In this document: positions 16,427 through 24,054 of the stretch, piece after piece
Layout of the letters: each line of letters starts with the position of its first letter
Position numbering within the stretch: the first letter of the stretch is position 1
Virus record (IMG/VR): IMGVR_UViG_3300049044_000095
Span: 1-45,203 of that record
Strand: one strand, 5' to 3'
Length of the DNA: 45,203 nt
Source of the DNA: a virus
Taxonomy: Duplodnaviria; Caudoviricetes
Translations under genes and position numbers: made by a program
Notes under the pieces: model-generated
Seen by the model: only the letters and a program-made list of their open reading frames with translations
Database searches by the model: none
Told to the model about the DNA's origin: nothing

Positions 16427-17308
16427 TCAGATCCGGTCGAGGATCACGCCGTCGACGTTGAAGTCGAGCCAGATCGCGCCCTCGGCCCCGCACATGAAGT
16501 CGCGGACCCGCTCGCTGCGCTCGTTCATGAAGCCGAAGTCGATGTATCCATCGCCGTGCGTCTCGCCCGCGACCCAGCCGACCTGCGCGCCGGCCCTGTT
16601 CTTCGGGAACCCGAGCGCCTCGTAGACCTCGTTCAGGAACACGAACCCGTGCTGCTGCAGCTTGTTGTTGAAGTAGTTCTGCTGCGCGGTCAGGAAGAAG
16701 ACGTTGTTCTCCGGCACGACGGTCCAGTTGACGTTGCCCTCGTCGAACAACATCGCGTACGGAGAGTAGCCGGCGCTGCGCTCGTGCTGGACGACCTTCT
16801 CCTTGCCGTCCTTACCGACCTGCACCTCCTCCACGATCTTCACGCCGTGGCGGAGCTTCTCCTCTTCCTCGGCGCCGTACTTGTCGATGATCTGCTGGCG
16901 GAGACGGTCGTAGCCCTCCTTCAGCCCGGCGTACGCGGCGGTAACAGCAGCAGTCCGGCGACTCTGCACGACCTGCGCGGCGGTGATCAGCGTGATCGAA
17001 ACCGCGGCCAGCGCGACTGCCGGCACGTACAGCTTCGCGACGTTCAGGACCGTGTGGACCTGAAGCTTGATGATGTCCTTCTTGTACTCGCCGTCGCGGT
17101 ACTCCTCGGAGAGCTCGGCCTTCTGGTGCGCCAGCTCCAGCAGCTTCTCGGTCGGCTCGAGCGTCTCGCTCAGCTTGAGCGTGTTCTTGCAGGCGAGCAC
17201 GCCGGCGCCGACGACACCAACGATGCCCGTCACGAGCATGATCTTGGGCGAAGCCTTCTGCAGCTTCAAAGCCGGCTTGGCCAGCTTCGCGGGGATCTGG
17301 AACTTCAT
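16427..17308 (-). CDS. DUF6353-like membrane-associated phage protein
   Basis: SPKIMLVTGIVGVV, FLNEVYEALG, IDFG and LDFNVDG; start reassigned to ATG 17308. Confidence 0.75.
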   Translation of the reverse strand: MKFQIPAKLAKPALKLQKASPKIMLVTGIVGVVGAGVLACKNTLKLSETLEPTEKLLELAHQKAELSEEYRDGEYKKDIIKLQVHTVLNVAKLYVPAVALAAVSITLITAAQVVQSRRTAAVTAAYAGLKEGYDRLRQQIIDKYGAEEEEKLRHGVKIVEEVQVGKDGKEKVVQHERSAGYSPYAMLFDEGNVNWTVVPENNVFFLTAQQNYFNNKLQQHGFVFLNEVYEALGFPKNRAGAQVGWVAGETHGDGYIDFGFMNERSERVRDFMCGAEGAIWLDFNVDGVILDRI

Positions 17309-17442
17309 CAGGAAACCTTCCCTTGCCTCTTGAGACGGAAATAGATGGCAACAACCTGAGCGTTGCTCATCTGTCGGACCCGGTCGGCCCATTTCTTATT
17401 CGGATATACCGACGAAATCTTGCGTCTGGCTACTTCCTCCAA
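17308..17442 (-). CDS. 44-aa basic hypothetical protein
   Basis: TTG after GGGAGG; YPNKKWADRVRQMSNAQVVAIY; TGATG coupling. Confidence 0.65.
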   Translation of the reverse strand: MEEVARRKISSVYPNKKWADRVRQMSNAQVVAIYFRLKRQGKVS

Positions 17443-17465
17443 AATATGCCTCCCGGGATTTTTTG

Positions 17466-18104
17466 CTAATCCAACGCATCCGGCTTGGGGAGGATGAGCG
17501 CGTATCCCTGGCTGTCTCGGGCCACCCGAGCGCCGGCAAGGCTTTCCCAACCCCAGTTCTGATCCGTCAGATCAGCCGACCAGTCGATCAAGCTCTTGAG
17601 GTCCGCGATGCTGACCTTTTCGTACTTCTCGAGCACAGCTTCCAGGTTGTCCAGGACTTCCTGAGCCTCCGCACGAGTTTCCAGGACGATGTACTCGATG
17701 TCGTCCCTACGGAGTCGGGCGTTCGGATTCCGCTCTTCGCGAGTGTATCGGCTGCTGGACTGCGAACGTCCCGAATATCGGTTGTAGTTCGTGTAGCTGC
17801 TGTTGGAGCTCGCGCTGTATCGGCTGTAGTTCGTCCTGCGTCCACCGCGCGAATCGCCGAATATGAGCCGTTCGAGAGCTTCGCGGGCAGCTTCGGCCAC
17901 CATGTCCTTGATCTGAGGAATGATGACATCACTGACGACTGACTGCGCAGCGCTTCGTGAGTCTCCCGCGAAGAACATGTCTCGCAGACGCCGACCCAGC
18001 GGAGGTTTGCCGGCGACGACTTTGTTGACGACGACGGACTCGAGCTTCTTCTCTTCGACGGGTCGTCTCGGCTGCTTGGAATTGCTCGGAAACTCGTTGT
18101 TCAT
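17466..18104 (-). CDS. Hypothetical phage protein
   Basis: 212-aa ORF with a Ser/Tyr/Arg-rich linker and C-terminal VSIADL...WGW. Confidence 0.8.
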   Translation of the reverse strand: MNNEFPSNSKQPRRPVEEKKLESVVVNKVVAGKPPLGRRLRDMFFAGDSRSAAQSVVSDVIIPQIKDMVAEAAREALERLIFGDSRGGRRTNYSRYSASSNSSYTNYNRYSGRSQSSSRYTREERNPNARLRRDDIEYIVLETRAEAQEVLDNLEAVLEKYEKVSIADLKSLIDWSADLTDQNWGWESLAGARVARDSQGYALILPKPDALD

Positions 18105-18122
18105 GACCCTCTATCCTGGACC

Positions 18123-18158
18123 GAAAAACCTAAACCCCATGTAGGGGTTGTTGGTTTT
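18123..18158 (-). terminator. Cassette-end hairpin (family GAAAACCTAAA-CCCC...GGGG-TT...GGTTT)
   Basis: Imperfect inverted repeat right after the stop of 18163-18435; homologous to 20461-20493 and 20995-21030. Confidence 0.65.
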
Positions 18159-18162
18159 GGTT

Positions 18163-18435
18163 CTAGTCGTTTTTGACGATCTTGAGTTCCGGCTTCTGGT
18201 CCTTCTTCTTGAACTGCGCGACGAGTTCGACAACTTCGTCGATGAGGCTGTCGGTGTAGTTCGAAGCGGCCGACGCAACGGCGCCACCGATGGCAAAGCT
18301 GGCGACGGGAACAGCCACCTTCTGGGCGGTGTTCTCGGCATCAACGTTGTTCTCGATGACGTCGTGGACGATCTTCGAAACACCAACGGCAACAACGAAC
18401 GAAACAGTCTTCTTCGCGATTGCGACGATGTTCAT
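18163..18435 (-). CDS. Small hydrophobic cassette protein
   Basis: ATG at 18435 after GGAAGGA and a promoter repeat; 90 aa with hydrophobic helices. Confidence 0.8.
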   Translation of the reverse strand: MNIVAIAKKTVSFVVAVGVSKIVHDVIENNVDAENTAQKVAVPVASFAIGGAVASAASNYTDSLIDEVVELVAQFKKKDQKPELKIVKND

Positions 18436-18453
18436 TTTCGGTCCTTCCGTAGG

Positions 18454-18485
18454 GGGTCTCATTATAGCCCCTGTTATTCTTGCGA
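18454..18485 (-). promoter_or_regulatory. Repeated phage promoter
   Basis: TCGCA-AGAATA-ACA-GGGGC-TATAAT-GAGACCC. Confidence 0.85.
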
Positions 18486-18499
18486 GACCCCGGATCGGA

Positions 18500-19072
18500 T
18501 CAGTCCGTGATTTCGTTCAGAAGACTCGGGTGCTTCCGGAAGGCCTCCACGAGCTGGTCGCGCGACATCTCGCGCAGTTCCTTCTTGGTCGGCAACCGCT
18601 CCTCCGACTTCTCGGCCGGCTGCTCGCTCAGAACCGCGGCCGACTTGGTGACGGTGGTCGGTTCCGCGAACGGGTCGTTGATCTTGCCCTCCTTCGCGAG
18701 GTCCTGGATTTCCTTCATCACCTTGGGCGGGAAGACGCCCTTGATGAAGTTCGTGAAGCCCTCGACGCTGGTGAGGATCTGCGTCAAGAACTCGTCGTAG
18801 GCGGCCGAGTGGATGAAGGCGTTCTGCACCTCTTCGTTCTTGACGAAGCCTTCACCGTCGTCCGTACGAACACCGTAGGACAGCCGAACGAGGTACTCGA
18901 TCTTCTCGAGCATCGCCTTCGTGTCCTGCTTGGCCGCGGCCTCGTTCATCTCCTCGAGGAACTTGGGGTTGGCCGCGATCCGAGCGATGTCCGACCTGCC
19001 GAGGTGGAAGTACAGATCCCGCTCCTTCTCCTCTTCGAAGAAGTTGGTGTACTTGATGGTCTGCTTGAGCAC
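18500..19072 (-). CDS. Hypothetical phage protein
   Basis: 190-aa ORF, MLKQTIKYTNF...LYFHL...SYG. Confidence 0.8.
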   Translation of the reverse strand: MLKQTIKYTNFFEEEKERDLYFHLGRSDIARIAANPKFLEEMNEAAAKQDTKAMLEKIEYLVRLSYGVRTDDGEGFVKNEEVQNAFIHSAAYDEFLTQILTSVEGFTNFIKGVFPPKVMKEIQDLAKEGKINDPFAEPTTVTKSAAVLSEQPAEKSEERLPTKKELREMSRDQLVEAFRKHPSLLNEITD

Positions 19073-19075
19073 GTT

Positions 19076-19840
19076 CTACCTGACCTTGTTGTAGTGGCGG
19101 ATCGGAGTAGTGTTGTAGCGAATTGCGACCGCGGCTCTGCCGTCGTCGAGAAGAACCGCGGTGTGGTAGATGCTGAGCAGCTCGTCGCTGTTCCAGCCGA
19201 ACTCGCCGGAGAAGTCGCTCCGAGCGAGTCCGAGCAGATCGTAGAACTCGTCCAGACCGGCGTAGTTCGTCTGGTTGATCTGGTAGTTGATCTGGTTGAC
19301 CGCGTCCTGAACGCGCTGCATGGTCGACTCGAAGAACTGACCCGAGAACTCGTCGAAGAACGGGTGGTTGCCGCCCGTCACGATGATCGTGGGACTCGCG
19401 AGCTGCTGACGCATCTGGTCGTGAGCGACCTCAGCTCGGATGTTCTCTTCGCTCTTCGCACCGACAGCTTCGATGACCTTCTGGCGGTACATCTCCTGAG
19501 CTTCGTCGGCGACCTTGAAAGCCGCTGCCAGAGCTGCAGCGCGGCGAGCTTCCACGCGGTTCGCGCAGACAATCGCGCAGATGGTGATCGCCCCGACGAC
19601 AGCCGGCGGGATGAACTCCTTCCAGACGACTTCGACCTTCTCGCGTGTGGTCAGCATCCCGCGATCGTGCTGACGCTTTTCGATCAGCGCGTTCTCCAGC
19701 AAGAGCGCCGAAGAATATGACGCTCTGCCGGCCAGTACCGCCGTGGTGATGACGCCGGCGACGCCGATGCCGGTCATGATCGCCGGAGAGTTGTCAATGA
19801 CGAAACGTTCAGCGGCTTTGAGAACCGTCTTCAAGCTCAC
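19076..19840 (-). CDS. DUF6353-like protein, paralog of 16427-17308
   Basis: NSPAIMTGIGVAGV, LDEFYDLLGL and FGW; GGAGG RBS. Confidence 0.75.
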   Translation of the reverse strand: MSLKTVLKAAERFVIDNSPAIMTGIGVAGVITTAVLAGRASYSSALLLENALIEKRQHDRGMLTTREKVEVVWKEFIPPAVVGAITICAIVCANRVEARRAAALAAAFKVADEAQEMYRQKVIEAVGAKSEENIRAEVAHDQMRQQLASPTIIVTGGNHPFFDEFSGQFFESTMQRVQDAVNQINYQINQTNYAGLDEFYDLLGLARSDFSGEFGWNSDELLSIYHTAVLLDDGRAAVAIRYNTTPIRHYNKVR

Positions 19841-19997
19841 GAGCCACCTCCTTCTTGGGGAACTTGAGCTGGGTCTTCTTCGCGATCATCTTGAGGAGCT
19901 CGACGAATATCGCGATGGCAAAACCCAGTACTGCGAGCATTCCGAGGATTCGGAAAATGTTTTCGAACCAGAAGAAGAACCACTCCAATTCACTCAT
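19809..19997 (-). CDS. Small membrane protein
   Basis: One hydrophobic segment; ATGA coupling. Confidence 0.6.
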   Translation of the reverse strand: MSELEWFFFWFENIFRILGMLAVLGFAIAIFVELLKMIAKKTQLKFPKKEVARELEDGSQSR

Positions 19998-20437
19998 TTG
20001 TCCTCCCGGACCAACTCCACTGCTGTCTTGACGCCGGCGACCTCGAAGGTGAAGATCAGACTTCCGTCCTGCCAGAGGAAGTCCTTTTCCGTGGAATTTG
20101 ACCAGACCATCTTGCCGTCGTCGATGGCAGTCGACTTGAACACGTTCTGCGCGTCCGGCATGGTGAACGTACCGTAGTAGTACGCGATCAGATCGCTCTG
20201 ACTGATCATGTGGATCAAGATCGTGCCGGCCTGGATCTCGGCGACGAACTTGATCTTGGCATCCGGCTTGGTTGTCCAGTCGCCACTGAGGTCGCCGGGC
20301 TTCCCCATCTGGCCGGCGACTACCTGAGCGCCGTTCGTACCAGTCTGCTGGTCCGACTCAGCCTTACACCGCACGGCTCCGATGATCACCAGACCAGCCA
20401 GCGTGAAGAACACGAGTGCGCGGAGAAGTTTCTTCAT
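19994..20437 (-). CDS. Secreted or membrane-anchored protein
   Basis: Signal-like N-terminus MKKLLRALVFFTLAGLVIIGAVRC followed by a beta-rich domain. Confidence 0.75.
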   Translation of the reverse strand: MKKLLRALVFFTLAGLVIIGAVRCKAESDQQTGTNGAQVVAGQMGKPGDLSGDWTTKPDAKIKFVAEIQAGTILIHMISQSDLIAYYYGTFTMPDAQNVFKSTAIDDGKMVWSNSTEKDFLWQDGSLIFTFEVAGVKTAVELVREDK

Positions 20438-20460
20438 TTGAGCCCCTACTTTCGAATATG

Positions 20461-20493
20461 GAAAACCTAAACCCCGTGTGGGGTTGTCGGTTT
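20461..20493 (-). terminator. Cassette-end hairpin
   Basis: GAAAACCTAAACCCCGTGTGGGGTTGTCGGTTT immediately after the stop of 20499-20726. Confidence 0.65.
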
Positions 20494-20498
20494 GTGGA

Positions 20499-20726
20499 CT
20501 ACTTGAATTTGGCTTTTGCTACAACAACGGCGATTTCACAGGCGGTCTTCAACACGCGGTTCGCAGCGAAGGCGATTCCGACGGCGCCGATGGCCTTCAC
20601 CGTGAACTCCGTAGCGATCTGGGCGATCTGCTCGGGGTCGACGGTCACGGCCTCGACAGCGGGGGATTCAGCTTCCTGCTTCTTGGTGTTGACGATCTTT
20701 ACCTGGAAAGCTTTGTCCTTGAACAT
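20499..20726 (-). CDS. Small cassette protein
   Basis: 75 aa, AGGAG RBS, its own promoter and downstream hairpin. Confidence 0.8.
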   Translation of the reverse strand: MFKDKAFQVKIVNTKKQEAESPAVEAVTVDPEQIAQIATEFTVKAIGAVGIAFAANRVLKTACEIAVVVAKAKFK

Positions 20727-20742
20727 GGCTTCTCCTAAAGTA

Positions 20743-20774
20743 GGGTCTCATTATAAGCCATGTAGATTATGCGA
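20743..20774 (-). promoter_or_regulatory. Repeated phage promoter
   Basis: TCGCA-TAATCT-ACA-TGGCT-TATAAT-GAGACCC. Confidence 0.85.
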
Positions 20775-20879
20775 CTATTTCTTGCTAGCCGCGTAAGCGA
20801 CGATGATCCCCAAGATCATTCCCAAGAGGAAGATGCAGATGGTTCCACCGACGAAATCGATTTGAGAAATCGTGATCAT
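20775..20879 (-). CDS. 34-aa single-TM microprotein
   Basis: Manual translation MITISQIDFVGGTICIFLLGMILGIIVAYAASKK; AGGAGG RBS. Confidence 0.7.
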   Translation of the reverse strand: MITISQIDFVGGTICIFLLGMILGIIVAYAASKK

Positions 20880-20888
20880 GCCGTCCTC

Positions 20889-20981
20889 CTAGACGTTCAT
20901 CGCGATGACAAGAATCGCCACGTCCGTGGCCACCACGAGCCCCAGGCCAACCAAACCAACCTTGCCGAGAAACTTGAGCAT
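20889..20981 (-). CDS. 30-aa hydrophobic microprotein
   Basis: MLKFLGKVGLVGLGLVVATDVAILVIAMNV; AAGGGAG RBS. Confidence 0.65.
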   Translation of the reverse strand: MLKFLGKVGLVGLGLVVATDVAILVIAMNV

Positions 20982-20994
20982 GTCTTCTCCCTTC

Positions 20995-21030
20995 GAAAAC
21001 CTAAAGCCCGTGTTAGGGGCTTTTTGGTTT
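20995..21030 (-). terminator. Cassette-end hairpin
   Basis: GAAAACCTAAAGCCCGTGTTAGGGGCTTTTTGGTTT after the stop of 21044-21208. Confidence 0.65.
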
Positions 21031-21043
21031 GAGTTGGTAGGTA

Positions 21044-21208
21044 CTAGTCGGCGGTGATGGCGTCGGTGTCGATCCACTCGGAGTTGTCACGCGTGAGCAC
21101 GTCGATCGTGATTGCGGCGACCGTTGCGGTAACAACGATCCCAACAGCCACGAGCGGCTTGTTCTTGGCGATCCAAAACTTGGCGGAGTCGATCTTCTTC
21201 GTCAGCAT
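21044..21208 (-). CDS. 54-aa single-TM cassette protein
   Basis: ATG at 21208 after AGGAG; MLTKKIDSAKFWIAKNKPLVAVGIVV... Confidence 0.75.
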   Translation of the reverse strand: MLTKKIDSAKFWIAKNKPLVAVGIVVTATVAAITIDVLTRDNSEWIDTDAITAD

Positions 21209-21229
21209 GATTGCTCCTAAGTTCGATAC

Positions 21230-21261
21230 GGGTCTCATTATAGCCCCTGTAAAACTTGCGA
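21230..21261 (-). promoter_or_regulatory. Repeated phage promoter
   Basis: TCGCA-AGTTTT-ACA-GGGGC-TATAAT-GAGACCC. Confidence 0.85.
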
Positions 21262-21297
21262 GGCAAAATTTAAAGCCCGTGTAAATCCCTCGAAAAA

Positions 21298-21336
21298 CCA
21301 TATGGCGTGTACGGGGGAGGAGTACACGCCATATGG
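21298..21336 (-). terminator. Perfect 15-bp hairpin closing a cassette
   Basis: CCATATGGCGTGTAC-N9-GTACACGCCATATGG followed by TTTTT on the minus strand. Confidence 0.75.
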
Positions 21337-21358
21337 CTCGAGTTTATCTTGGTGCGGG

Positions 21359-21634
21359 TCAGAACAACTTCCGCACGAGGCCGAGGCTCTTCGTGGCGAT
21401 CACGTGCGCTCGTTCGTGGTTGAGGATGATGATGATCCCGGCGAGGTTCGCGCCGATGGTCGCCCAGGTGTCCATGCTGATGGAGTTCTCCTGGCGGAGC
21501 TTGTACAGCTTGGACATCTGGTCGAGCATCGCGACGTAGTCGTCGGAAGTCTTGTTATCGACCTCTTCCATCTTCTTGAGCAGCTGCAAGATCTCCTCGT
21601 CGAGCTGGACTTCGATGGGGTTCTTCTTGAACAT
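21359..21634 (-). CDS. Small cassette protein with C-terminal hydrophobic segment
   Basis: ATG at 21634 after AGGAG; 91 aa; ...ANLAGIIIILNHE...TKSLG. Confidence 0.8.
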   Translation of the reverse strand: MFKKNPIEVQLDEEILQLLKKMEEVDNKTSDDYVAMLDQMSKLYKLRQENSISMDTWATIGANLAGIIIILNHERAHVIATKSLGLVRKLF

Positions 21635-21649
21635 GGCTTCTCCTAGATA

Positions 21650-21681
21650 GGGTCTCACTATAAGCCATGTTTTTCTTGCGA
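21650..21681 (-). promoter_or_regulatory. Repeated phage promoter
   Basis: TCGCA-AGAAAA-ACA-TGGCT-TATAGT-GAGACCC, abutting the holin stop. Confidence 0.85.
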
Positions 21682-22065
21682 TCAGCCGAGGAGATCCGGA
21701 CCTTCGCCAGGACGTTTCTCGATTTCGCGCTTGATGCGCAAGCCGGCGAACTTTCCGTCCTCGAAGATCACGTTGTTCAGGTTCGCCGAGAGCCGGAAGT
21801 TACCGGTGGGCAAGCCGTCGTAGTCGGTCCTCACGTACAAGTCGCCCAGAACCGGCGGGCTGTCGAGCATCTCCTTGTAGCTGGAAGAGCTCTTCTTGAG
21901 GAGCAGACCCAGGAAGGTGTCGACTGCCGAGATCGTTCCTACGACCTGAGCGGCGTAGGGGAGACCCCAGATCTCGGCCACACCGAAGTACAGAGCACCC
22001 GTGCCCGGGAGAAGCACGAGTGCCACGAACTTGAGGATGTCGTACGCTCTACTGGTCACGATCAC
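21682..22065 (-). CDS. Holin (Dp-1-like) with soluble C-terminal extension
   Basis: AYDILKFVALVLLPGTGALYFGVAEIWGLPY...VVGTISAVDTFLGLLL; GTG start after GGGAG. Confidence 0.8.
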   Translation of the reverse strand: MIVTSRAYDILKFVALVLLPGTGALYFGVAEIWGLPYAAQVVGTISAVDTFLGLLLKKSSSSYKEMLDSPPVLGDLYVRTDYDGLPTGNFRLSANLNNVIFEDGKFAGLRIKREIEKRPGEGPDLLG

Positions 22066-22396
22066 GTCGGTACTCCCTGAGTTCTTCCGCTTGACGAAGG
22101 TTTTGTTTGACGAGTGCGGTCCTTTCGGTTCGCAGCTTGTCGATTTCTGCTGTTTGCTCGCGATCGCGCTGGCGAAGCTTGATGTTGTCGCTGAGAAGAT
22201 CCTTGATCTCCTCGTTCTGACGACTGATGGTCTGGAGGTCCATCGTTCTTGCTCGAGTATAAGCTTCGAGCTCTGCTTGCTCTTTTGCGTTCTTGCGAGC
22301 TGCTCGAGACGCGGTCCGATGCGCCCCAATCATCCCAATTGCGCCGACCGCGGCTGTGATGAACGTGGGGAGGTTACTAGCCAGGTCTAGCGACAT
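22049..22396 (-). CDS. Membrane-anchored coiled-coil protein
   Basis: N-terminal TM followed by a heptad-rich segment; adjacent to the holin. Confidence 0.75.
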   Translation of the reverse strand: MSLDLASNLPTFITAAVGAIGMIGAHRTASRAARKNAKEQAELEAYTRARTMDLQTISRQNEEIKDLLSDNIKLRQRDREQTAEIDKLRTERTALVKQNLRQAEELREYRRDRDQ

Positions 22397-22823
22397 TCAG
22401 TGCTCCCACAGGTTCGGGGTTTCTCAGACCTGAAATCGCCCACCAGAGTACACCCAAGGTGGAGAAGATCAAGAAACCGCTGATGTTTGCCCGAGGTGAA
22501 TCGGTGAACAAGATCCCGGTCAAATATGCGGTCCCCCAGGCCAGTGAGAGTCCCGTCAGCACCACGTATCCCCAAGCTTCCACCAAGGGCGGCCACTTCG
22601 AAGATATCAGTGCCAGCAATCCTGCGGAAACGAACACGCCACCCCAGAACTCTATCGGGGCTATTCGGAGCAGAGCGTACAGAGCTATCTGCCGACCGCG
22701 ATTCGAAGGCTCCATGATGTACGCGAGACCCAGCATGATGTACATCACGCCGCCGATCGCCTGGATGAGGTCGTGTCTGGTCCATGTGCGCCGGATGCCC
22801 CAAAGGGATTTGAAGAAGCTCAC
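22377..22823 (-). CDS. Four-TM membrane protein
   Basis: Four hydrophobic segments; GTGA coupling to the upstream tail gene. Confidence 0.75.
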   Translation of the reverse strand: MSFFKSLWGIRRTWTRHDLIQAIGGVMYIMLGLAYIMEPSNRGRQIALYALLRIAPIEFWGGVFVSAGLLALISSKWPPLVEAWGYVVLTGLSLAWGTAYLTGILFTDSPRANISGFLIFSTLGVLWWAISGLRNPEPVGALNVARPG

Positions 22824-23800
22824 TGCGCTTCCTTCCATTCTCCGGCGCTCTTCACCCACGGCCTTGCCACCTTCCAGACGCCTGCGTCTCGTACGTACGG
22901 AACTGCTCGCCTCCACACACCGCCGTAAACTACGCGTGCGCCGGCGATGAGGGTCGCTTGACTGCGTGCCGACCAAGGACTCCAGCCGATTGAGTTTCGA
23001 CTACGAGCCCAGAAGTAGTAAGTCTGTCCCGGAGACAGGCCGGCAATGTTGTTGACTCCGGAAATATCGCCAGCGAACGAAGACGGTGTGTTCGGATCGA
23101 GTCCGTAGCCAATCTGTCGCTCGATGATGTCAGTACCACCATTGGCCTTGTCCGTGAAAGACGCGGTCAGCGACATCTGGGCGATGTTGGAGAATGTTGG
23201 AGCGTTGGGAGCTCCAGGATTTCTCCAAGTAGTTGCTTCGCCGCGGTTGGACCAGGCGCCCCAACCGATAGCGTTCCTTGTTCGAGCCCAGAAATATACC
23301 TTCGTTCCTGGGTTGAACGGTCCGACCATCTCGTCGGCAGCCGGCGCGTTCCACTCGAACTGATGGGTATACGGATCGGTACCGTACCCCAACATTCTTT
23401 CCGTGATCGGAGATCCGCCGTCGTACCCGTCCGAGAATCGAACATGGATATGTGTCGACGAAACGGCATCGGCCTGGTAAAGATCAGGCGGACCCGGCGC
23501 GGAGCTTCGTGAGATATGCTGCCAGAAATCATAGGACGGAAATCCCAGACCCGAGTTCAGGATCGTGAATCGAACGTCCTGATCGTAATCAATACGCCAG
23601 GCATCGATGAACTGCCACTGACCGCCCTGCAGCATGCGGAATGAGCGAGTACCCAATTCCGCATTGTTGATTCGCCCGCCCCACGGCTGTTGGTAGTTGT
23701 AGGTCTGCGGACCTGTTTTGATCCAGAACTCGACGTTCACGCCGGTGTCCCGAATCATCAGGGTAGTGCTACCCCCGATGTTTCTTGTGTAGTCGACCAT
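22820..23800 (-). CDS. Minor tail protein with two fibronectin type III domains
   Basis: GGSPI...Y...PGTKVYFWARTRNAIGWGAWS repeated as PGQTYYFWARSRNSIGWSPWS. Confidence 0.85.
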   Translation of the reverse strand: MVDYTRNIGGSTTLMIRDTGVNVEFWIKTGPQTYNYQQPWGGRINNAELGTRSFRMLQGGQWQFIDAWRIDYDQDVRFTILNSGLGFPSYDFWQHISRSSAPGPPDLYQADAVSSTHIHVRFSDGYDGGSPITERMLGYGTDPYTHQFEWNAPAADEMVGPFNPGTKVYFWARTRNAIGWGAWSNRGEATTWRNPGAPNAPTFSNIAQMSLTASFTDKANGGTDIIERQIGYGLDPNTPSSFAGDISGVNNIAGLSPGQTYYFWARSRNSIGWSPWSARSQATLIAGARVVYGGVWRRAVPYVRDAGVWKVARPWVKSAGEWKEAQ

Positions 23801-23807
23801 GAGTCAC

Positions 23808-24044
23808 CTACACAATCTTGAAGTAAATATCCCCGTCCATACCACCGGAAGGTTCGGCGGTACCTGACGAGATGCCGGCTGCTGCTCGACGTCCAGCTTT
23901 GCCGGTAGGATTCAGAGCGGCTTGCTCGGCAACCATGTCGCGTGTGCGATTGATCTCCTGCGCGCCCAGTTTGACCTTTCCCTCCGGTCCGGAATTAGGG
24001 ACCAGCGGATAACCGGCGGCCGCTGCCGCATCGCCAATGGCCAC
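23808..24044 (-). CDS. Small tail-associated protein
   Basis: GAQEINRTRD and C-terminal PSGGMDGDIYFK; lies in the tail module. Confidence 0.7.
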   Translation of the reverse strand: MAIGDAAAAAGYPLVPNSGPEGKVKLGAQEINRTRDMVAEQAALNPTGKAGRRAAAGISSGTAEPSGGMDGDIYFKIV

Positions 24045-24054
24045 TATTGCCTCC

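Noticed and set aside
18123-21681. Cassette repeats as a CRISPR array or a true integron
   Set aside because: Spacing is irregular and gene-sized, the repeats contain TATAAT and lead into an RBS, and no tyrosine or serine recombinase is encoded
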